Shown: positions 53,862 through 62,232 of the stretch, piece after piece | Layout: each line of letters begins with the position of its first letter | Position numbering within the stretch: the first letter of the stretch is position 1 | Assembly: GCA_028820505.1 (NCBI GenBank) | Contig: JAPPIT010000034.1 | Span: 25,565-89,564, forward strand | Length of the DNA stretch: 64,000 nucleotides | Source: Defluviicoccus sp. | GTDB taxonomy: Bacteria > Pseudomonadota > Alphaproteobacteria > MPNO01 | Reading direction: 5' to 3' | Program-made: the position numbers and the translations under genes | The notes under the pieces: generated by a model | Database searches by the model: none | What the model saw: the letters and a program-made list of their open reading frames with translations, nothing else | Told to the model about the DNA's origin: nothing

Positions 53862-55568
53862 ATGGCGATGCAGCCTCCCATCCACGCGACCAATCACATG
53901 GTCGCATCGGGTCATCACCTGGCGACGCAGGCGGGCTACGAGGTGCTCGAAGCGGGCGGCAACGCCATCGATGCCGGTGTCGCGGCGGGGATCGCGCTCG
54001 GCGTGTTGCACAGCGACCTGGTGCAGTACGCCGGGGTCGCCCCCATCATGATCTACCTGGCCGACGAGGACCGGGTGACGACCTTCAGCGGGCTCGGCTG
54101 GTGGCCGCGCGCCGCATCGCTCGAGCGTTTCGTCACCGAGTTCGAAGGCCGCATTCCGGACGGTGTCCTGCGCACCGTTCTTCCCGCCGCGCCCGACGCC
54201 TGGATCGCCGCGCTGGGGCGGTACGGCACGATGACCTTCGCCGAGGTCGCCGCAGCCGCCTATCGCTACGCGGACGAGGGGTTTTCGGTCCACCCGCCGA
54301 TGGCCCGGAACTTCGCTGCCCACGCCGACGCCTACCGCCGCTGGGACTCCAGCCGGGAGGTCTATCTTCCCGGCGGCGAGCCGCCCGGATTGGGCGAACG
54401 CTTCGTGCAGACGGACCTGGCCGGGACCATCCGCTACATGATGGACGAGGAGGCGGCAGCGGACGGAGGACGGGAAGCCGGTCTCGCCGCCGCGCGCGAC
54501 GCCTTCTATCGCGGCGACATCGCCCGCGCGATGGTCCGCTACCACGAGGAAGTCGGCGGCTGGCTGACGATGGAGGACCTCGCGGAATACCGGAGCGCGG
54601 AAGAAGAGCCCGTAATCGCGCGCCTCGGAGAGATCGAGGTCTATACCTGCGGCCCCTGGTGCCAGGGACCGGTTCTCGCCCAGATGATCGGCCTGCTCGA
54701 CGGGATCGACATCGCCGCGCTCGGACACAACAGCCTGCAATACGTCCACACTCTCGCCGAGGCGATGAAGCTCTGCTTCGCGGACCGCGAACGCTATTAC
54801 GGCGACCCCAGATTCGTCGACGTTCCGCTCGCCCGGCTCCTCTCCGCCGGTTACGGCCGGGCACGGCGCGCTCTGATCCGGCCGGACCGGGCATGGCCCG
54901 CAATGCCGCCGGCGGGCGGAGAGAATGTATCTGAGGAGACCGGGCCCGCGCCGGACGCCGTGGCATCTCCGGTACCCGTTTCCCCCGACACGTCCTATTG
55001 CTGCGCCATCGACCGGGACGGCAATTGCTTCTCGGCCACGCCGAGCGATGTCTCGTGGCAGTCGCCGGTTGTCCCCGGCACCGGTCTTTGCCCCTCGTCG
55101 CGCGGCTCCCAGTCATGGGCGGTGCCCGGCCATGCGTCCTCGGTCGCGCCGGGCAAGCGCCCTCGTCTTACCCCCAACCCCGCCTTCGTCAGGATCCCCG
55201 GCCGATGGGCGATGCCTTTCGGAACCCCGGGCGGCGACGTGCAGACCCAGGCCATGCTTCAGGTCCTGCTCAACGTCACCCGGTTCGGGATGAGCACCCA
55301 GGACGCGATCGAGGCGCCCCGGTTCGCGACGCAGAGCTTCCCCAACTCGTTCGAGCCGCACGAGGCGTTTCCCGGCCGGCTGGTGGTCGAGGAAGGAATC
55401 CCGGAGGCGGTCGCCGGGGAGCTCGCCGCGCGAGGCCACGATGTCGAGCGGACCGGGGACCGCTCCCCCGGGATGGGGGCTGTCTGCGCCATCGAGCTCG
55501 ACGTCGAATCGGGAATCATGGAAGGCGGAGCGGATCCCAGGCGCATGAGCCGCGCGATGGGACGCTGA
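53862..55568 (+). CDS. gamma-glutamyltransferase family protein (no signal peptide)
   Basis: 568 aa; nucleophile region DTSYCCAIDRDGN (Thr start of the small subunit); GGT-fold N-terminal HHLATQAGYEVLEAGGNAIDAGVAA; alternative start at 53898. Confidence 0.85.
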   Translation: MAMQPPIHATNHMVASGHHLATQAGYEVLEAGGNAIDAGVAAGIALGVLHSDLVQYAGVAPIMIYLADEDRVTTFSGLGWWPRAASLERFVTEFEGRIPDGVLRTVLPAAPDAWIAALGRYGTMTFAEVAAAAYRYADEGFSVHPPMARNFAAHADAYRRWDSSREVYLPGGEPPGLGERFVQTDLAGTIRYMMDEEAAADGGREAGLAAARDAFYRGDIARAMVRYHEEVGGWLTMEDLAEYRSAEEEPVIARLGEIEVYTCGPWCQGPVLAQMIGLLDGIDIAALGHNSLQYVHTLAEAMKLCFADRERYYGDPRFVDVPLARLLSAGYGRARRALIRPDRAWPAMPPAGGENVSEETGPAPDAVASPVPVSPDTSYCCAIDRDGNCFSATPSDVSWQSPVVPGTGLCPSSRGSQSWAVPGHASSVAPGKRPRLTPNPAFVRIPGRWAMPFGTPGGDVQTQAMLQVLLNVTRFGMSTQDAIEAPRFATQSFPNSFEPHEAFPGRLVVEEGIPEAVAGELAARGHDVERTGDRSPGMGAVCAIELDVESGIMEGGADPRRMSRAMGR

Positions 55569-55571
55569 CGT

Positions 55572-56477
55572 TCAACCCGCGGCGAGATCCCGCTGGTCGG
55601 CCGCGTTGTAGTTGGCGTCGTACCACCAGGCGAGGTGGTCGCCGTAGACGACCGGCGGCCAGCGCGGCGGATTGTCCGGGCCGGCGCAGGTCGGGGCGCA
55701 ACGGATCTCGGCGTCGAGATTGGGACCGAAGAAGTACGGGATCGCGTAGCGGCGGCGCCCGACCGGCGGCAGCGCGCGGTGCGGGGTCGATCTGTAGCGC
55801 CCGTTGGTCCAGCGGTGCAGCATGTCGCCGGTGTTGACGACGAAGGAGTCCTCGACGAAGGGCACATCCTCCCACTCGTCCCCTTCGCCCCGGATCTGCA
55901 ATCCCGGCACGCCCGACTGCGCGAGGAAAGTCAGGAAATTGACGTCCGTGTGGGGCGCGATGACGTAACGCCCCGGTTTGCGTTCGGCGGGCGGGTAGTG
56001 CGAAAGCCGGAACGAGAACTGGCTTCGCGTGAAATAGGGCGCGAACCAGTCCTCCGGCAGGCCGAGAGACAGCGAGAGCGCCGGCAGGACGCTCACCGCC
56101 AGCCGGTCCACCGCCTCGCAATATTCGAGCAGCGTTTCGCGGAAGCCCGGCAGATCCTCCGGCCAGCGGTTGGGGCCCGCGAAGCGACGCCCGGCGAGCG
56201 GGTCGTCGGGACCGCGCTCGCGCTTGACGAAGAACGCCTCGTTCATGTCCGGCAGCGCGTCTTCGCTGACCCGCGAGGTGCGCACGTTGTAGCGCGCCAT
56301 CGCCATGTAGCCGTTATTGTGCTCGTTCATCAGCAGCGCGTGCTTTGCCGCCGCCGGCTGGGCGTGGAACCGCTCCGCTTCCGCGAAAGTCCTCCGGACG
56401 AGCTCCTGCGGCACGCCGTGGTTCACCACGATGAAAAAGCCGACATGCTCCAGCGCGTCCGCGAGCGCGCCCGCCAC
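55572..56477 (-). CDS. 2-oxoglutarate/Fe(II)-dependent oxygenase (isopenicillin-N-synthase-like family); N-terminus probably extends to about 56530
   Basis: HTD…(N)…H facial-triad pattern (APHTDVNF…TPHRA); the protein-like in-frame sequence …NPLIDLSRSRSEV continues upstream of the GTG at 56477 but contains no ATG/GTG/TTG. Confidence 0.75.
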   Translation of the reverse strand: MAGALADALEHVGFFIVVNHGVPQELVRRTFAEAERFHAQPAAAKHALLMNEHNNGYMAMARYNVRTSRVSEDALPDMNEAFFVKRERGPDDPLAGRRFAGPNRWPEDLPGFRETLLEYCEAVDRLAVSVLPALSLSLGLPEDWFAPYFTRSQFSFRLSHYPPAERKPGRYVIAPHTDVNFLTFLAQSGVPGLQIRGEGDEWEDVPFVEDSFVVNTGDMLHRWTNGRYRSTPHRALPPVGRRRYAIPYFFGPNLDAEIRCAPTCAGPDNPPRWPPVVYGDHLAWWYDANYNAADQRDLAAG

Positions 56478-56671
56478 CTCGCTCCGGCTTCGGGAGAGGT
56501 CGATCAGGGGGATTATCGGTCGGTCTCCCTTTCCGACGTTCGGTCCGAAGGTTAATGCATCGGCGGTTTCCCGGCCAGGCGAACCGGCGCCGTCGCGGTA
56601 TGGAGGCGATTGTCGTCCGGCACGAATTGCACCATTGTCGCCCCCGCGGGAACCCTTGGCGGGAGAGGATC

Positions 56672-57622
56672 ATGACCGTGCCCAGTCCCCGGCGCCTGAC
56701 CCACGCCAACCTGTTCGTCGCCGACATGGAACGCTCGATGGATTTCTACATGTCGGTGATCGGGCTCGACGAGTCCTACCGGCGGGTCAATCTCAGGGCC
56801 GGCTTCCTGACCAACGGCAATTCGCATCACGACATCGGGGTGATGGAGTACGGCCGGGTCTATGCCGGGAAGCGCGAGGGGACGGGGAAGATCGGCCTCA
56901 ACCATCTCGCCTTCGAGATGGAAAACGACCTCGATCTCAACCGGTGGTACGAGGCGGCGGTGGCGATGGGCGCCCACATCCACCGTACCGTCGATCACGG
57001 CAATACCCATTCCTGCTACATGCACGACCCCGACGGCATCCAGATCGAGGTCTATTGCGACACCGTCAAGGAATGGTGGCACCTCAAGACCGGCACGATG
57101 ACGACGCCGCTCGACGACTGGACGCCCGGGGAGGGCGAGCACTCGACCGAGCCGATGTACCTGGAGGACCCGGAAATCGGCCGCATGGAGGAGGCCCTGC
57201 TGCATCCGGTCAAGACGACCCATGCGGTCCTGATCGCCGACGATTTCGAGGCGTGCTTCGACTTCTATACAGCGATCGTCGGTCTTTCGCCGCTTTCGGG
57301 CGGGCGGGACGGAGAGTTCTGCGTGCTCGCCGGGCGGCTCGGCGCGCCGAGCCTCGCGCTGTTCCGGGCGAACGCGGGTCGCGCGCCCGGCTTCCACCAC
57401 GTCGCGCTCTCGGCCTGGAGCGTGGACGACCTGAAGGCGTCGCGCGCCGCGCTCGCCGACGCCGGCATCGAGGTCGAGGCCGAGACCGACCATCCGTCCC
57501 GCTACGCGCTCTGCGTGACCGATCCCGACGGGTTCCGCGTCCAGCTCTACGCCGACCGCCCCGGCGGTCCCGGGATCGATTGGGTCGCCGAGGACCCGGA
57601 GACGCTGCTCTATCTGGTTTGA
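56672..57622 (+). CDS. two-domain VOC-family protein (type I extradiol-dioxygenase / glyoxalase-like)
   Basis: Two βαβββ modules (LTHANLFVADMERSMDFYMSVIGL and THAVLIADDFEACFDFYTAIVGL); ATG 56672 preceded by GGGAGAGG. Confidence 0.75.
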   Translation: MTVPSPRRLTHANLFVADMERSMDFYMSVIGLDESYRRVNLRAGFLTNGNSHHDIGVMEYGRVYAGKREGTGKIGLNHLAFEMENDLDLNRWYEAAVAMGAHIHRTVDHGNTHSCYMHDPDGIQIEVYCDTVKEWWHLKTGTMTTPLDDWTPGEGEHSTEPMYLEDPEIGRMEEALLHPVKTTHAVLIADDFEACFDFYTAIVGLSPLSGGRDGEFCVLAGRLGAPSLALFRANAGRAPGFHHVALSAWSVDDLKASRAALADAGIEVEAETDHPSRYALCVTDPDGFRVQLYADRPGGPGIDWVAEDPETLLYLV

Positions 57623-59187
57623 GATGCGCCCCGGTCGGTCGACCCGTAGCCGCCTCCCCCCGGAGTCTCGATCGCGAATTCCGTTCCCGGTTCCAGGAGG
57701 AAACTCTGCTTTGCGTCGATCGTCTCGCCATCGAGGCTGAGCCGCGTCGGGCCGCCGTCCTCCCCGCCGCACATTCCGCGGGGTGGGAAGCGGGATCTTT
57801 CGAACATCGTGGAGACCGTTGCCGGCTTGCCGCTGCGGAGCCTGAGCCCGATTCTCTGCCCCGCACCGCCGCGAAACCTGCCCGCGCCGGAGGATTCGGG
57901 GATCAGCGTCCGGCTCGTGAAGAGCACCGGTACGACCTGTTCCATCACCTCGACCGGCGCGTTGGCCACGTTGCTTGGAAAAGCTGTTGCGTCGAGCCCG
58001 TTCTTGTCGGCCCGCGCGCCCATCCCGCCTGAGCAGAAGAAGGTAAAGACATAGGGTGCGCCGTCATCCCCCTCGCCGGCGAGGGTGACAGCGCCCAGCA
58101 CCGAGCTCTCCGCCAGGATTCGGTCCGGGATCACCGGCGCCAGCGCATCGAAGATCGCGAAAGGGACGAAAAGTCCTACCAGGTGACGCCCGCCGACCGG
58201 GGCGGGATGACGCGCGTTGAGGATGGAGCCCTCGGGAGCGCGGACCCGGATCGGGCGCAACGTGCCGTCGTTGTTCGGGATATCGGGGCTCAGCGCGCAT
58301 TTCAGCGCGTAGAACACGAACGCCTTGGTGTAGTTGAGGACGCAGTTGACCCCCTTGTCGATCTGCGCCGAAGTGCCCGCGAAATCGACTTCGATCTCAT
58401 CGTCCGCGACGGTAATCACGACGGCGACGATCAGGGGCTCGCCGAAGCCGTCGAGCATGACGCTTCCGCGCCATGTGCCGTCGGGGAGCGCGGCGATGGC
58501 GTGGCGCATCTTCCGTTCCGTCCGGGCGGTGATTTCGTCCGCGATCCCGGCGAGGTCGACAAGACCCTCCAGATCCATGAAGGCGCGCATCCGTTCGCTT
58601 GCCACCTGGTTCGCCGAGACCTGCGCCGCCAGGTCGCCGAGCACCAGCTCCGGAGACCGCACGTTGTCTTCGATGATGCTGAACAGCGTGTCGTTGGGCG
58701 CCCCGCCGTCGAACAGGCGCAGGATCGGGATCTGCAACCCCTCTTCGTAGACCGCTTCCGCCGCCGCCGAGAAAATCCGGCCGCCGATGTCGACGGTGTG
58801 GCAGTTGCTCGCCGTGAATCCGACGAGGTCGTCGCCGCGATGGACCGGGGTAACGACGGTGATGTCGTGCTTGTGTCCCGAGACCAGCCACGGGTCGTTG
58901 GTGATGAACACGTCGCCCGGCCGGAAGCCCACCGGCCCCACCGCGTCGATGATGTGATCCATGCCGATGCTGAGTGTGCCGAGATGCCCGGGCGCGCCCT
59001 GCACGGACTGGGCCAGCATGACCCCCCGGGCATCGAACACCGCGGCCGACAGGTCCTCCATCTCGCCCAGGACGGTGGAAAAGGCGCTGTTGACCATAGT
59101 CGCCGCCTGTTCGCTGGCGATCGAGACCAGACGGTTCCAGCAGATCTCGATCTTCACCGGGTCGATGGTTCCCTTACACCCCGCCAT
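57610..59187 (-). CDS. hyuB: hydantoinase B / 5-oxoprolinase family protein (N-methylhydantoinase B-like)
   Basis: HyuB-family sequence; start MAGCKGT (ATG 59187) overlapping the hyuA stop by 14 nt. Confidence 0.85.
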   Translation of the reverse strand: MAGCKGTIDPVKIEICWNRLVSIASEQAATMVNSAFSTVLGEMEDLSAAVFDARGVMLAQSVQGAPGHLGTLSIGMDHIIDAVGPVGFRPGDVFITNDPWLVSGHKHDITVVTPVHRGDDLVGFTASNCHTVDIGGRIFSAAAEAVYEEGLQIPILRLFDGGAPNDTLFSIIEDNVRSPELVLGDLAAQVSANQVASERMRAFMDLEGLVDLAGIADEITARTERKMRHAIAALPDGTWRGSVMLDGFGEPLIVAVVITVADDEIEVDFAGTSAQIDKGVNCVLNYTKAFVFYALKCALSPDIPNNDGTLRPIRVRAPEGSILNARHPAPVGGRHLVGLFVPFAIFDALAPVIPDRILAESSVLGAVTLAGEGDDGAPYVFTFFCSGGMGARADKNGLDATAFPSNVANAPVEVMEQVVPVLFTSRTLIPESSGAGRFRGGAGQRIGLRLRSGKPATVSTMFERSRFPPRGMCGGEDGGPTRLSLDGETIDAKQSFLLEPGTEFAIETPGGGGYGSTDRGASQTR

Positions 59188-61312
59188 GACCGCCTCCGCC
59201 GAGTTCGACGACCAGATTACCGCGTTCGTCCGAAGTCGCGACCGAGCCCTGCCCCACCACGACAGTGGTGTAGGTATCCTCGAGGATCGCCGGGCCGTCG
59301 ATCCGGCTGCCCGGGGGAATGCCGTCGCGCCGGCAGACCCGTGCTTCGCAAGGCGCGTCCCACCCCTCCAGCCAGACAGTGCGCGCGCGCACCGTCGCTT
59401 CATCCGCGACTGTCCCGGCAAGCGAGAGGGAGTCGACGACGGGCGCCCCCTCCGCGGAGAGGCGCAACGTCCGGACCTCTACCTCGTGTCCGGCATGTAT
59501 GCGCCGATAGACGCGTTCGTATTCCGCCTCGAAGGCGTGCCCGACCTCGCCTGCCCGGTCCGCCGTCAGATTGCCGTCCGGCAGCCGGACGGTCAGCTCC
59601 TTGCGCTGTCCCAGGTAGCGCATTTCGGCGATCCGGCCGAACGCGATCTCGGACGATGGCACCCCGGCGCGCTCAAGGATCGCGGTCGCGTCCTCCTCCA
59701 TGTCCCGGAAAGCGCCTTCGACGGCCTTCCAGTCGATCGCGTCGACGGTCCCGATCCACGTGCGCGACAGGCGATAGGCGCGGGGCGCGAGCAGCAATCC
59801 CAGCGCCGAGCCGACACCGGCCGAACCCGGCACGACGAAGCGTGCGATGCCGAGCCGGCGAGCAACGCCCTCCGCATGGACCGGGCCGGCACCGCCGAAA
59901 GCGACCAGCACCAGGCCCGCCGGATCGAAGCCGCGCTCGACGACGTGAACGCGGGCCGCGTTCGCCATCGCCTCGTCGACCACCGCGTGAATGCCGAGCG
60001 CGGCCGTTTCGATCGACAGCCCCAGGGGCTCGGCGACGCAATCGCGGATCGCGGCGCGCGCCCTCTCCTCGTCCAGCGCCATGGCGCCGCCGAGAAACGA
60101 GTCCGATGCGAGATAGCCGAGGACGAGGTCGGCGTCGGTGACGGTGGGCAGGACTCCGCCGCGCCCGTAGCAGGCCGGACCCGGGTCGGCGCCAGCGCTC
60201 TCCGGGCCCACCTTGAGCAGGCCCAGATCGTCGACGCGCGCGATCGAGCCGCCGCCCGCGCCGATCTCGATCATGTCGACCACCGGCATGCGGAGCGGCA
60301 GTCCGCTGCCCTTCTTGAAACGATGGTGGCGGGCGACCTCGAACTCGGTTGTCACGACTGGCGTGCCATCTTCGATGAGGCAGGTCTTGGCGGTCGTCCC
60401 GCCCATGTCGAAGGAGAGTATGCGGGACAGTGCGAGGGCGCGGCCCGCCTTGCCCGCCATGACGGCCCCGGCCGCCGGTCCCGACTCGCAGAGTCTGACG
60501 GGGAACTTCCGCGCGATATCGGGGGTGGTAATCCCGCCGCTGGACAGCATCACGAAGAGCTGGGCCGGAACCCCTTCCTCCAGCCGCGCGAGGTAACGGT
60601 CGACCAGAGGCAATACGTAAGCGTTGGCGACGGTGCTGGAGGCGCGCTCGTATTCCCGCATCTCGGGCAGGAGATCCGACGACAGCGAGAACGCGACCCC
60701 CGGCAGGCGCGCGGCGAGGAAGTCGCCGAAGCGCCGCTCGTGAAGCGGGTTGGCGTAGGAGTGGAGCAGGCATACCGCGACCGTCTGCGCGCCGCTTCGG
60801 GCGATCGCCTCGATCGCCGCCTGCGCCGCCGTTTCGTCGAGCGGTTGGACGACAGAGCCGTCGGCCGCGATCCGTTCCGCGAGTTCGTAACATGCGCCTT
60901 GCCCGGCCAGCGGCACCGCCTTTTCCATGCCGAGATCGTAGATGTCGTATTTCTTCTCGCGCGCGATCTCCAGGAGATCGGCAAAACCCCTTGTCGCCAC
61001 AAGCGCGGTTCTGGCGCCCTTGCGCTCGATCAGCGCGTTCGAAACCAGCGTCGTCGCGTGCAGGACGATCGCCAGATCGTCGATCGCTGCGCCGGCTTCC
61101 CCGCACGCCGCCTGCACCGCCTCGATGGCACCGCGCGCCGGGTCTTCGGGCGTGGTCAGCGACTTGAAACGATGCACCCGCGCCGTCGCCGTATCGACCA
61201 TGTAGACGTCGGAGAAGGTGCCGCCGATGTCGAGCCCGGCGATCCAGCGCGCCGTGACGGGGTGCGCCGGCCCTGCCGGCTTTTCCCGAGCGTTCGTCTT
61301 TCGCGTAGCCAT
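59174..61312 (-). CDS. hyuA: hydantoinase A / 5-oxoprolinase family protein (N-methylhydantoinase A-like, ATP-dependent)
   Basis: N-terminal ASKHA fold (IAGLDIGGTFSDVYMV); 712 aa. The 1022-aa track ORF continues antisense through the creatininase gene. Confidence 0.85.
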   Translation of the reverse strand: MATRKTNAREKPAGPAHPVTARWIAGLDIGGTFSDVYMVDTATARVHRFKSLTTPEDPARGAIEAVQAACGEAGAAIDDLAIVLHATTLVSNALIERKGARTALVATRGFADLLEIAREKKYDIYDLGMEKAVPLAGQGACYELAERIAADGSVVQPLDETAAQAAIEAIARSGAQTVAVCLLHSYANPLHERRFGDFLAARLPGVAFSLSSDLLPEMREYERASSTVANAYVLPLVDRYLARLEEGVPAQLFVMLSSGGITTPDIARKFPVRLCESGPAAGAVMAGKAGRALALSRILSFDMGGTTAKTCLIEDGTPVVTTEFEVARHHRFKKGSGLPLRMPVVDMIEIGAGGGSIARVDDLGLLKVGPESAGADPGPACYGRGGVLPTVTDADLVLGYLASDSFLGGAMALDEERARAAIRDCVAEPLGLSIETAALGIHAVVDEAMANAARVHVVERGFDPAGLVLVAFGGAGPVHAEGVARRLGIARFVVPGSAGVGSALGLLLAPRAYRLSRTWIGTVDAIDWKAVEGAFRDMEEDATAILERAGVPSSEIAFGRIAEMRYLGQRKELTVRLPDGNLTADRAGEVGHAFEAEYERVYRRIHAGHEVEVRTLRLSAEGAPVVDSLSLAGTVADEATVRARTVWLEGWDAPCEARVCRRDGIPPGSRIDGPAILEDTYTTVVVGQGSVATSDERGNLVVELGGGGHGGV

Positions 61313-61417
61313 CGGCTGACCCGTTCGCGTCGACCGGCCCGCCTCCCGGTGTGGCCGGACGCGCGGGCCGCCACTATTCTCGCGGAAGAGACGCTGACCG
61401 GGTAGGGAGCCCTCGAC

Positions 61418-62188
61418 ATGGCAGAGACCGACAAACCGATCGTCTACGACGAGCTTTCCTGGATGGCGGCCCGGGACCTGGTCGAGGGCGGTATGGATAT
61501 GGCGATCATGCCGACCGGCGCGACCGAGCAGCACGGTCCGCATTTGCCGATGAACGTCGACTATCTGGTGGCCTACCGGATCGCGCTGGGTGTCTCCGAA
61601 CGCACCGGGGTTCCGGTTCTGCCGCCGCTGCCGGTCGGTCATTCCGGCGGTCATGACGGGATTCCGGGGACGGTGTCGCTGAGCCCGGAGACTTTCCAGA
61701 AGGTGGTCGAAGAGATCGCCGGGGGCCTCTATGCCACCGGCTTCCGGCGGCTTCTTTTCCTCAACGGGCACCTGCCCAACATCCACCCGCTGAACTGTGC
61801 GGCGGTCAACCTCAGGGTGCGCCATCCGGACTTCAAGATTCAGGCGCTGAGCTGGTGGGATATCACGCCCGAGATCCAGAAAAAGTTCTACGGCGACGAG
61901 AGCTTCGGCATCCCGCACGGCAATATCGTCGAGACCTCGATCATGCGTTACTTCCGCGACGACCTCGTCGACATGGCCAAGGCGAAAAAGGTCGGCGGCA
62001 GGGGGAAGAAGCTGTTCTTCTATTACCTCCTGCGCCAGGTCTCGCTCTCCGGGCACGGCGGCGACCCGAGCGAAGCCACGGTCGAGCTCGGCGAGGAACT
62101 CTACCGGATGGCCGTCGACGGGCTGGCGCCGCAGATCGAAAAGGCCCTTACCGAAGAGCCGCCGGAACTGGCCGACGGCTTGCTCTAG
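61418..62188 (+). CDS. creatininase (creatinine amidohydrolase) family protein
   Basis: 256 aa; metal-binding hallmark IMPTGATEQHGPHLP…; divergent from hyuAB. Confidence 0.85.
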   Translation: MAETDKPIVYDELSWMAARDLVEGGMDMAIMPTGATEQHGPHLPMNVDYLVAYRIALGVSERTGVPVLPPLPVGHSGGHDGIPGTVSLSPETFQKVVEEIAGGLYATGFRRLLFLNGHLPNIHPLNCAAVNLRVRHPDFKIQALSWWDITPEIQKKFYGDESFGIPHGNIVETSIMRYFRDDLVDMAKAKKVGGRGKKLFFYYLLRQVSLSGHGGDPSEATVELGEELYRMAVDGLAPQIEKALTEEPPELADGLL

Positions 62189-62232
62189 CACCGTCGCGGC
62201 GAGGCTTGCCGACCGTTCCTGGCGCACGGACA

